Positions 44,867 through 52,807 of a DNA stretch of 64,000 bases are shown here, one piece after another. Every line of letters starts with the position of its first letter. Positions within the stretch are counted from its first letter, which is position 1. This DNA is from an uncultured Rikenellaceae bacterium (GTDB lineage: Bacteria > Bacteroidota > Bacteroidia > Bacteroidales > VadinHA17). The notes under the pieces are model-generated. The model did no database searches. It was given only the letters and a program-made list of their open reading frames with translations, and had not been told where the DNA came from. The position numbers and the translations under genes are program-made. Where the stretch lies: assembly GCA_964429295.1 (NCBI GenBank), contig CAYSBL010000012.1, forward strand, positions 1,646-65,645. The letters are read 5' to 3'.

Positions 44867-45334
44867 CTATTTCTTGTCGAAAACCATTTTCTCGCTCATG
44901 TCGCCGAATGACGAACTTGATGTCGATTCGATAACCAGGTTGCCACCGTCGAGCTTGTAGACTTCATTTATTGTGATATCACCTCCGTCTCCCATCGACA
45001 TTTTTGAAACCACCTTCAGGCTGGTCTTGTCATCCGACCAGGTGCATGTGGATTTCTTCTGCATGTCCTGAAATACGGTATTCGTACATTCCTTACCGTC
45101 GAGTGTTAATTTGTCAGTGCTGACAAATTCCTGTCCCTGGAACTCGGAATGCTTTTCGACCGAAAGGTCATTTCCATTTTGTACGACAATAACATTTTTG
45201 GGAGCCATTGAAAATTCTGCGCCAAGGGTGCTTTTGGATGTGTTCAGCGTCCATGTTCCGCTGAAATCAGGAGCCTGTGCAAAAATAGCTGCTGAAAACA
45301 ATACAGCGACAAAAGAAAGTAAAATCTTTTTCAT
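44867..45334 (-). CDS. secreted small beta-rich protein (lipocalin-like), paralog of the GH26 C-terminal domain
   Basis: 155 aa with signal peptide MKKILLSFVAVLFSAAIFAQA. FSGTWTLNTSKS ... LTLDGKE ... WSDDKTSL parallels FTGEWRLNESES ... IKLDGSD ... WSAERDSL in the GH26 C-terminus. Confidence 0.55.
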   Translation of the reverse strand: MKKILLSFVAVLFSAAIFAQAPDFSGTWTLNTSKSTLGAEFSMAPKNVIVVQNGNDLSVEKHSEFQGQEFVSTDKLTLDGKECTNTVFQDMQKKSTCTWSDDKTSLKVVSKMSMGDGGDITINEVYKLDGGNLVIESTSSSSFGDMSEKMVFDKK

Positions 45335-45407
45335 GATACGAATTGTCTAAGGTTGATAATAAGAAATATTAATACATATTGTTTGTGCGATTGAAATCAT
45401 TTTGAAG

Positions 45408-45451
45408 TTGCTGGTTGCTGGCGGTACGTGGCCAACTGCCAACTGCCAACT
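45408..45451. repeat. heptamer arrays TTGCTGG x2 and GCCAACT x3 flanking a short spacer
   Basis: TTGCTGG TTGCTGG CGGTACGTG GCCAACT GCCAACT GCCAACT. Lies 20 nt downstream (sense) of the stop of the TIM-barrel gene. The arms are only partly complementary (about 4-5 of 7 per heptamer). Confidence 0.8.
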
Positions 45452-45471
45452 TCTCTTCCTTTCCTTGCCGA

Positions 45472-46344
45472 CTATTTTTTATATGGTCCGGTTACTCTTC
45501 TCAGAAGGGCAATTGTTGCCTTTATACCCTCATCTTCACTCAGCTTGTTGCCTTCATATTCAACATCAATATATCCCCTGTATCCCGAGTCGTAAACGAT
45601 TTTCATCATTTTCTCGTAATCGATCTGGGTTTCATTTCCGTTTTCATCGAAATCATGGGTTTTTCCGCTAACACCCTTTGCATAGGGCATAAGTTCCTGC
45701 ACTCCCTTGTACCGGTCGTATTCATAGAAATTGCCAAGGTCGGGGAGTGTGCCGCAGTTAGGCTTATTGATGCATTTCATTATCTCGGCAAGCCATTTCC
45801 CGTAGGATGAATTCCCTCCGTGGTTTTCGACTATGACATTTATCCCGTAACCTTCGGCATAGGCGGCCAGTCTTCCAAGCCCGTCTATTGCTGCTTCCTG
45901 CATCTGCCCCATTGTTCCGCGACCGGCAGCATTTACCCTTATCGAATGGCAGCCAAGGAATTTGGCGGCCTTCACCCATTTGTGATGGTTCTCAATAGCT
46001 TTGTTCCTTGCCGCCAGTGAGGTATCTGCAAGATTTCCTTCCCCGTCAACCATTATAAGAAGGCTTTTCACACCGTACTTCTCACATTCATTTTTTAGCT
46101 GGGTAAGGTATTCCATATCTTCAGCCTTCCCCTTGAAGAAGGTGGAAACATATTCAACTGCATCAAGGCCATAGGTCTCCTTTGTAATCCTTGGAAAATC
46201 CATGTTCGTAATGGTTCCCTTCCTGAGGGTCCGGTTCAGCGACCACTCGGCAAGTGAAATTTTGAAGGCTGGTTCCTGCCCGTAAAGGCCGAGGCAGGTT
46301 AACATGGATATAAGTACAAATGTAACGATCGGTTTGATTTTCAT
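45472..46344 (-). CDS. xylose isomerase-like TIM-barrel protein (sugar phosphate isomerase/epimerase family) with signal peptide
   Basis: 290 aa. N-terminal MKIKPIVTFVLISMLTCLGLYGQ. The body (HSIRVNAAG ... VIVENHGG ... PDLGNFYEYD ... YIDVEYEG) is typical of the AP-endonuclease-2/xylose-isomerase TIM-barrel fold. Confidence 0.82.
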   Translation of the reverse strand: MKIKPIVTFVLISMLTCLGLYGQEPAFKISLAEWSLNRTLRKGTITNMDFPRITKETYGLDAVEYVSTFFKGKAEDMEYLTQLKNECEKYGVKSLLIMVDGEGNLADTSLAARNKAIENHHKWVKAAKFLGCHSIRVNAAGRGTMGQMQEAAIDGLGRLAAYAEGYGINVIVENHGGNSSYGKWLAEIMKCINKPNCGTLPDLGNFYEYDRYKGVQELMPYAKGVSGKTHDFDENGNETQIDYEKMMKIVYDSGYRGYIDVEYEGNKLSEDEGIKATIALLRRVTGPYKK

Positions 46345-46382
46345 TTTTTATGGATTTAGAGTTTGTAATAGCATCTGAATGC

Positions 46383-46390
46383 CAAATTTA
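46383..46390 (-). promoter_or_regulatory. candidate -7 box for the TIM-barrel gene
   Basis: The reverse strand reads TAAATTTG, an exact TAnnTTTG match, about 40 nt upstream of the ATG at 46344. Confidence 0.35.
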
Positions 46391-46470
46391 TATAAAAGGA
46401 TCAAACGCTCTTCAGTAATTGCCGTTTAAAAGATATTATTCTCCGGTCACCGGCTTTTCCACCTGTGCAG

Positions 46471-47829
46471 CTATTCTATATGCCTGTTATTTACAATCAC
46501 ATTCGTGAGGGTGAATCCCTGAACAACATCTCTGTTAAATGTGTCGTTCTCGGCTTCGATCGACAGATCCCCGAAGGTAAATGAAGAGAGCCTGTCGTTC
46601 TCAGTAATGGCCACATCGAAAAAGATCCTGCATTTCAGGTCGATATTACGCATGACTATATTTTCTGAATATGAAACCGGGATATCCTTTCTGCCTTTCA
46701 GGTCGAAAAACTGGGTCCAGGGCTTGATATATATGAGGCTGTGTGCTTCGCCGGTGATATTTTCCACTGTGATATACTCGTATTTCTGAGGGGTGTCGGG
46801 CCTCATCTTCAGCCAGAGCACCCTCATTGCCTGATCGATCCGGCAATCGCGCATTAATATGTTCCTGTTGTGGATTGATTCACTGCCGCATGTCAGGGCA
46901 GAATGGCAAAATCCGAAATTGCATTTCTCTATCAGGATATTGAGGTTTTCGCCGTTGCATTCATCGGTGTCAGCCCAGGGTCCTTTGCCTCCCTTCAGGG
47001 CTATTGCGTCGTCGTTCACCGACATGTAGCATCCCCTGACGTGAACATTGGAGCAGGCATCAATATCGATAGCATCGGAGCTCGGAGCCTTGACCTTGTC
47101 GTGTGGTGAAAAAATATGAAGATCGAGGATTTTTACATTGCTGCATTTATAATAGTGGCTTGTCCAGAATCCGGTGTTGTGCAGGCTGACATCCTGTACC
47201 CTGACGTTATTGCAGTCTCTGATGAACACCAGCCTCGGCCTTGAAACCTCCAGGTTGGTGCACATGGGATTTTCCATCCTCCTCTGCCAGAAGGCCTGCC
47301 AGAATTTGAAACCATTCCCGTCAATTGTACCCTTCCCTCCAATGGTGAAACCGTCCACGCCATATGCATTTACAAGTGCCGGGTAATAATCGAGACATTG
47401 TCCTTCCATCCTCGAAGACATTAGCGGATAATCGGCTATATCGTCCGAACCTTTAAGTCTTGCTCCCTCAAAAAGCCATAAACTGGTCCCCTTTTTGAAA
47501 AACAGGGCGCCCGACATAAAAGTCCCTCCGGGGATCACAATTACTCCTCCGCCCTGCTGCGAAGCTGTATCGATCACTTTCTGAATTTCAGCAGTCTGAA
47601 TGATGGTGCTGTCGGAAAGCACTCCGAAATCGGTAAGCAGGAACTGCCTGCCAAGGTCGCCGGGCGTGACTTTAGTAGTGTCCCTGAACCAGTCAGGTAT
47701 CGGAGTTCCGTCGGGGAAAAGATCCTGAGCGTTCCCTCCAGAACATCCCGACACCACCAATACCATGATTAAAAGTGCCCGGGACAAGGCTGGAATAAGG
47801 TGAATTTTGGATATCATGATCATAAGCAT
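46471..47829 (-). CDS. glycoside hydrolase family 28 (polygalacturonase/rhamnogalacturonase-like) lipoprotein
   Basis: Lipobox LVVSGCSG. Parallel beta-helix repeats carry SSDAIDIDACSNVHVRGC and VNDDAIALKGGKG, the GH28 catalytic Asp motifs. Confidence 0.85.
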   Translation of the reverse strand: MLMIMISKIHLIPALSRALLIMVLVVSGCSGGNAQDLFPDGTPIPDWFRDTTKVTPGDLGRQFLLTDFGVLSDSTIIQTAEIQKVIDTASQQGGGVIVIPGGTFMSGALFFKKGTSLWLFEGARLKGSDDIADYPLMSSRMEGQCLDYYPALVNAYGVDGFTIGGKGTIDGNGFKFWQAFWQRRMENPMCTNLEVSRPRLVFIRDCNNVRVQDVSLHNTGFWTSHYYKCSNVKILDLHIFSPHDKVKAPSSDAIDIDACSNVHVRGCYMSVNDDAIALKGGKGPWADTDECNGENLNILIEKCNFGFCHSALTCGSESIHNRNILMRDCRIDQAMRVLWLKMRPDTPQKYEYITVENITGEAHSLIYIKPWTQFFDLKGRKDIPVSYSENIVMRNIDLKCRIFFDVAITENDRLSSFTFGDLSIEAENDTFNRDVVQGFTLTNVIVNNRHIE

Positions 47830-47842
47830 TTAATAATTAAAG

Positions 47843-47905
47843 TTGCTTCTTGCTTGCTTTGCCCTCTGAACTTCAGCGAAAGAGGGTTGCTGGTTGCTGC
47901 TTGCT
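47843..47905. repeat. mosaic heptamer-repeat/hairpin element, homologous to the one at 3843-3915
   Basis: TTGCTTC TTGCTTG CTTTGCC. Hairpin GCCCTCT(47861-47867)/AGAGGGT(47881-47887). Then GGTTGCT GGTTGCT GCTTGCT. Exact shared strings with 3843-3915 are GCTTTGCCC and GGGTTGCTGGTTGC. ACTGAAG ACTGAAT follows at 47928-47941. Confidence 0.75.
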
Positions 47906-48137
47906 TGTGAGTTACCGATTTCCGAATACTGAAGACTGAATACCAGTTCCTCACTGCCAGATAACTTCTGACACATTTCCCCATAAAAATATCAAATAAA
48001 TAAAAAAAACGGCTTTGAAGAAAGGAAATGAAGATCGAATCTCAGGCAAACTATTCCCTGTATTATCTGTTATTATATTAACAGCCGTGGTACGGGCATC
48101 ACCGGGAGCGATTTTTCTTACTTTTACAATCGGATAT

Positions 48138-48198
48138 CCCTGCGGTGGCCGGGCTTTTAAAGGCTTATCCGCACGGAGGGCTTTAAACCGCCGCAGGG
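48138..48198 (+). promoter_or_regulatory. candidate structured 5' leader hairpin upstream of the 48235 operon
   Basis: CCCTGCGGTGG (48138-48148) pairs with CCGCCGCAGGG (48188-48198): 11 bp, one of them U-G. The 39-nt interior contains GGGCTTTTAAA / GGGCTTTAAA direct repeats. Ends 36 nt before the ATG. Confidence 0.3.
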
Positions 48199-48234
48199 TT
48201 AGCAGGCAACTGTATTCAGACTGTACAAGGACAA

Positions 48235-48930
48235 ATGACTAGATTTTCGTCATACCATCTTGGTATAATATTTTTTCTCATCTCACTTCCCTGCAGTCTG
48301 TCAGGGAACACAGACACGTTGCTGACACGAACCGGCGGAGAAAAAGATGCACTGCTTAACGGGAGAATCTGGTGGAACAGGAATTCAAAGGTTTCAGGCG
48401 ATCCTCATTTCATTTCGGATTCATATCTGAAAGGCAGTGTGACATTCAATGGTCAGAGCTTCGACAACCTCGACCTGAAATACGATATCTTCAGCGACGA
48501 ACTGGTATACAGGCCCGAATCACACCCGGTTATTTTTCTGAACAAGGAAATGGTGGATAGTTTTGAATTAAATCCTGGGTTACGGAAATATTTCTTTTAC
48601 AATGCAGGTATAAATCCCCGAAGCGGACCTGCCGGATATGTCAACCTGCTGTATAGTGGTCCTACATCACTTCTGGTCAAGTATGTGAAAAAGATACAGC
48701 CACTTGCCGATCAGGGAATTTATGACCTTTTCCTTCAGGTGCACAGGATTTTCGTCATTAAGGATACGGTCATTACAAGTATTGACAGCAGGAAGCAGCT
48801 TTTTGGTCTGTTTGAAGACAGGAAAAAGGACGTGAGGGAATATGTGAAAAACCATCACCTGCGCTTAACCTTGAAAGAACCTGGTTCCCTGGTGCCGGTC
48901 CTTGAATTTTACGATTCATTAACAAGATAA
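48235..48930 (+). CDS. secreted hypothetical protein (first gene of the TonB-receptor cluster)
   Basis: 231-aa ORF with an ATG start and signal peptide MTRFSSYHLGIIFFLISLPCSLSG. No recognisable motif. Confidence 0.6.
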   Translation: MTRFSSYHLGIIFFLISLPCSLSGNTDTLLTRTGGEKDALLNGRIWWNRNSKVSGDPHFISDSYLKGSVTFNGQSFDNLDLKYDIFSDELVYRPESHPVIFLNKEMVDSFELNPGLRKYFFYNAGINPRSGPAGYVNLLYSGPTSLLVKYVKKIQPLADQGIYDLFLQVHRIFVIKDTVITSIDSRKQLFGLFEDRKKDVREYVKNHHLRLTLKEPGSLVPVLEFYDSLTR

Positions 48931-48942
48931 CCGGCATCATTG

Positions 48943-51675
48943 ATGAATTTAAGGATAATAACCGGAATAATCCTGCTGTCAGTATCTCCCCTGGTCTATT
49001 CGCAGGAGGGATATCATGTGGACTGGGAATATTCCGGTCAGCCGCTTGAAATGTTTATCAGGCAGGCGGAATCAGTTCATCCTGTTAAATTCTTTTACAG
49101 GAGTGAATGGATAGCCGGCATTGTTCTAGGCAATTATCCGGGAAAAACAACTTTAGGGGCGATTCTCGACACACTATTCGCCGGCCGGAAAATTTATCAT
49201 TATGAACGCCCGGGAGGTAACATAATCCTGACCGGTGAATATGAAGTCAGGCTTCCGGGCCGGAAGAATACCGGTAAAGGGACTTTTATCCCGGCTGCCC
49301 CCGGCGGGGATGACAGTGAAACAGGCATTGCATCCGGGTCCATGGTGTTGAATATTGGAAATCCGTCTGCCGCACGGCTGCCGGGCAACGTCACTTTGTC
49401 GGGCTGGATAAGCAACCGCGACACAAAGGAAAATGTAGCAGGAGTGACTGTCCAGGTGCCCGCACTGTCAGCCGGTACTATTTCAAATGCTTACGGTTTT
49501 TACACTATATCGGTTCCCAGGGGCAGGTACTCCCTGAAGTTCACTTTTATCGGGATGAAGGAAAGGATGGTTGACGTCAATCTGTACGACAACGGGGAGC
49601 TGAATATCGATATGGCGAGTGTGCTCATTCCTTTGAAAGAGGCGGTGATTACGGCAGAAAAGGACATCACGCTTCAGAGGCCTGGCAGCGGCATCGAAAA
49701 GATAAGTGCAGCTTCATTCAGGTCAATGCCTTCGGCTATGGGCGAATCGGACATCACAAAAAGTCTTCTGCTGCTGCCCGGAGTCAATACCGTAGGTGAA
49801 GGATCTGCCGGGTTCAATGTTAGGGGAGGCTCTGCCGACCAGAACCTGGTGCTGCTTTACGGGGCTCCTCTTTACAGCACCTCTCATTTCTTCGGTTTCT
49901 TCTCAGCCGTCAATCCCGATATAATCAAAGACGTAACCCTTTACAAAGGGAGTATTCCTGCAAAGTATGGCGGCAGGCTTGCTTCAGTTCTTGACATATC
50001 ACCCCGGGACGGCAGCAGAAGCGAGTTTTCGGGCAGCGCCGGCATCAGTCCTGTTACAGCACATTTTACTATTGAAGGCCCGTTAATTGCGGACACGCTG
50101 TATTATCTTATTACCGGCCGCAGGACCTATTCGAACTGGATCCTGAGACTCCTTGAAGACCCGTCGCTACGGGACAGCAGGGCCATGTTCCAGGACTTTA
50201 ACGCAAGATTAGCCTGGGATCGGGGAAAGAAGGACAGGATTGATCTCTCGGGGTATTTGAGCAATGACTCGTTCAGGCTCAACTCCGACACAACCTACAA
50301 ATATATGAACAGTATTGTCTCTCTGCGATGGCGACACTATTTCAACAGCCGTTTCTTCTCCTCCCTGACCTTAAGCAACAGCAATTACAATTATAACATA
50401 TCAAGCATAAGGGTGCCGGAGGAAGCTTTTTCATTAAGGCACAGGATTAACACGACCGGTCTGAAGGTCGATTTTAACTGGTTCAGGGGAAGGAACGAGA
50501 TCAACTTCGGAGCTGACCTGATGAGGCACAGTGTCGTCCCCGGCGACTATCTGCCTGGGGATAAAGCCTCGCTGGTGATCCCCAATTCGATTCAGAGACA
50601 AAAGGCGCTGGAAACTGCAGTCTGGCTCGAAGATAATTTCACTGTCACCGGGTCTTTGTCGGTAAGCGGAGGAATAAGGCTGGGAACTTTCCATGCCCTT
50701 GGCCCCCAGACAGTCATATCCTACAACCCAGGCTTTCCCCGGGATATTGACTCTGTGAGCGACACACTTACTTTTGCCGGGAATAAGATATACAGGAGTT
50801 ATGCAAGGCCCGAATACCGGTTTTCGGCGAACTTCAGAACCGGGATCAATAGTTCTTTCAAGCTCAGCTACAATCACACCAACCAGTATCTTCACCTGCT
50901 GACCAACACCACAGCGATATCGCCAACCGACACCTGGAAGCTGAGCGATTACCATCTAAGGCCGCAGTCGGCAGACCAGTTTGCGGCGGGATTCTATAAA
51001 ATGCTGAATAAAAACCGTATAGAAGCCTCTGTTGAGATCTACTACAAGAACATAGAAAATATGATCGATTTCAAGGGTGGCACCGATCTTATCATGAATG
51101 AATATATTGAAAGAGACCTCGTGAATGTGAGGGGAAAAGCTTACGGGATGGAAATGCTTCTCAGGAAACCCGAAGGAAGGATAAGATGGAGTGCCGGGTA
51201 TACCTTGTCGAAAATCCTTGTAAAGAACAAGACAAGTTTCGAAGAGGAACTGATAAACGCGGGCAACTGGTTTCCGGCCAGCTTCGACAGACCTCATGAC
51301 CTGATACTTACCTTTAATTATATCCACTCGCGCCGGGTAAGCCTTTCAGCAAATTACAACTACACTTCAGGTCGTCCGGTCACCTATCCGGTTTCGACCT
51401 ATTCGATAGGCGATGTGGTGCTGATGCACTATTCGGACAGGAACAAATACAGGCTTCCATATTATTCGAGGCTCGATGTTTCTGTGAGAATTAGCGGCGA
51501 CCTCAGGTCGAAAAAGCTGGCAAATCCTTATTGGGTCTTTTCTATCTACAATGTAACCGGAAGAAAAAATGTTTATTCAGTATATTTTGAAAACGAAAGA
51601 GGCATGGTGAGGGGCTACTACCTTTCGGTTTTCGGCAGACCCATTCCGTCACTTTCACTGAACTTCGATTTCTGA
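48943..51675 (+). CDS. TonB-dependent receptor with N-terminal extension and CarboxypepD_reg-like domain
   Basis: ORF 48940 is TTG, so ATG 48943 is taken. Signal peptide; an ~100-aa N-terminal domain that looks STN-like by eye (tentative); CarboxypepD_reg segment LSGWISNRDTKENVAGVTVQV. Plug (MGESDITKSLLLLPGVNTVGEGSAGFNVRGG) and a C-terminal barrel ending in F. Confidence 0.88.
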   Translation: MNLRIITGIILLSVSPLVYSQEGYHVDWEYSGQPLEMFIRQAESVHPVKFFYRSEWIAGIVLGNYPGKTTLGAILDTLFAGRKIYHYERPGGNIILTGEYEVRLPGRKNTGKGTFIPAAPGGDDSETGIASGSMVLNIGNPSAARLPGNVTLSGWISNRDTKENVAGVTVQVPALSAGTISNAYGFYTISVPRGRYSLKFTFIGMKERMVDVNLYDNGELNIDMASVLIPLKEAVITAEKDITLQRPGSGIEKISAASFRSMPSAMGESDITKSLLLLPGVNTVGEGSAGFNVRGGSADQNLVLLYGAPLYSTSHFFGFFSAVNPDIIKDVTLYKGSIPAKYGGRLASVLDISPRDGSRSEFSGSAGISPVTAHFTIEGPLIADTLYYLITGRRTYSNWILRLLEDPSLRDSRAMFQDFNARLAWDRGKKDRIDLSGYLSNDSFRLNSDTTYKYMNSIVSLRWRHYFNSRFFSSLTLSNSNYNYNISSIRVPEEAFSLRHRINTTGLKVDFNWFRGRNEINFGADLMRHSVVPGDYLPGDKASLVIPNSIQRQKALETAVWLEDNFTVTGSLSVSGGIRLGTFHALGPQTVISYNPGFPRDIDSVSDTLTFAGNKIYRSYARPEYRFSANFRTGINSSFKLSYNHTNQYLHLLTNTTAISPTDTWKLSDYHLRPQSADQFAAGFYKMLNKNRIEASVEIYYKNIENMIDFKGGTDLIMNEYIERDLVNVRGKAYGMEMLLRKPEGRIRWSAGYTLSKILVKNKTSFEEELINAGNWFPASFDRPHDLILTFNYIHSRRVSLSANYNYTSGRPVTYPVSTYSIGDVVLMHYSDRNKYRLPYYSRLDVSVRISGDLRSKKLANPYWVFSIYNVTGRKNVYSVYFENERGMVRGYYLSVFGRPIPSLSLNFDF

Positions 51676-51676
51676 C

Positions 51677-52807
51677 ATGAACAGGTTTATACTTATACTT
51701 GCAGCTATCCTGTTTGCGGCCGCAGCCGGATGCACGATCGAGTTCATACCCGGACAGGATGAAAATGATAAAACACTTGTTGTGGAGGGAATGATCACCG
51801 ACCAGGACAGGGTGAACCGGATAAGGATTTCACGATCACAGCCCATTGGTGAAATGCTGAGAAATAAGATACCGGTTACCGGAGCGCTGGTCAGCATTAC
51901 TGATAATGAAGACAATATCACTTCACTGACGGAATCCCCTCCCGGAACCTATTGCACCGATTCGCTTCAGTTCAGGGGCCGGGTGGGAGCATCGTATTCA
52001 CTCCGGATATTCGTTGGAGGCAGTGAATACGAGACTGATTTTATGGAGATGAAACCGGTTCCGGCAATCGATTCGCTTTATTACGAAAAAGTCCGTATAA
52101 ACAACGATAAGGATACTATTTATATCGACGAGGGAGCAAGTATTTATGCCGATACCTGGGATCCATCCGGGAAATGCCTTTTCTACAGATGGGATTACAT
52201 AGAAACATGGGAATACCGGATCCCCTATGCCGTTACAAAAAAGGTTTGCTATATCACCGAGCGGTCCGACCGGATCCTCATAAAGAACACATCACAATTC
52301 AGCCAGGCGAGAGTGACCAGATTCCCGGTGACTTTCATAACCCACGAGACTGACAGGCTTAAAGAGAGGTACAGCATACTTCTGAGGCAATACTCCCTCA
52401 ATGAACAGGAATATAACTTCTGGAAAAGAGTCAGTGATGTATCTCAGAACGTTGGAAACCTGTATGACGTAACACCGTCATTCATCCCGGGCAACATAAG
52501 ATCATGCACTGATCCCGGGGAGACCGTTCTGGGCTGGTTCAGCGTTTCAGCAGTATCGGAAAAGAGGCTTTTCATAAAAGATCACTTCTACGGGTTGCCT
52601 CATTTCTTCACATATTGCGCCACCGACACCCTGGGAGGGTCGCTTCCCTCAACGGGATTTGAAACTGATTACTGGGTCATAGAGGATTTCAGCGATGAAG
52701 TGCCTCCTTTCTGGATAATAACCACTTACAGGGAGTGCGCTGATTGCACCATCAGAGGAACAAGCGAAATGCCGTCATTCTGGCGCGATTATCTCAGGGA
52801 CAAATGA
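51677..52807 (+). CDS. DUF4249-like lipoprotein (partner of the TonB-dependent receptor)
   Basis: Lipobox LFAAAAGC. TLVVEGMITDQDRVNRIRISRS is typical of DUF4249. Starts 1 nt after the receptor stop. Confidence 0.65.
   Translation: MNRFILILAAILFAAAAGCTIEFIPGQDENDKTLVVEGMITDQDRVNRIRISRSQPIGEMLRNKIPVTGALVSITDNEDNITSLTESPPGTYCTDSLQFRGRVGASYSLRIFVGGSEYETDFMEMKPVPAIDSLYYEKVRINNDKDTIYIDEGASIYADTWDPSGKCLFYRWDYIETWEYRIPYAVTKKVCYITERSDRILIKNTSQFSQARVTRFPVTFITHETDRLKERYSILLRQYSLNEQEYNFWKRVSDVSQNVGNLYDVTPSFIPGNIRSCTDPGETVLGWFSVSAVSEKRLFIKDHFYGLPHFFTYCATDTLGGSLPSTGFETDYWVIEDFSDEVPPFWIITTYRECADCTIRGTSEMPSFWRDYLRDK

Noticed and set aside
45415-45810. 131-aa plus-strand ORF starting in the TTGCTGG/GCCAACT repeat.
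   Set aside because: It lies antisense to the well-supported TIM-barrel gene for most of its length.
47942-48234. Looked for a cobalamin, TPP or SAM riboswitch upstream of the TonB-dependent receptor cluster.
   Set aside because: No B12 box, no TPP CUGAGA/ACCUGA core, and no SAM kink-turn signature is visible. Only a generic hairpin is present, and it is reported separately at low confidence.
48015-48242. 75-aa TTG-initiated ORF (and a 17-codon ATG ORF at 48028-48081) upstream of the TonB-receptor cluster.
   Set aside because: The start is non-ATG, the sequence is Arg-rich and non-hydrophobic, and the ORF overlaps the predicted leader hairpin. There is no support for coding, and the leader-peptide idea has nothing behind it.
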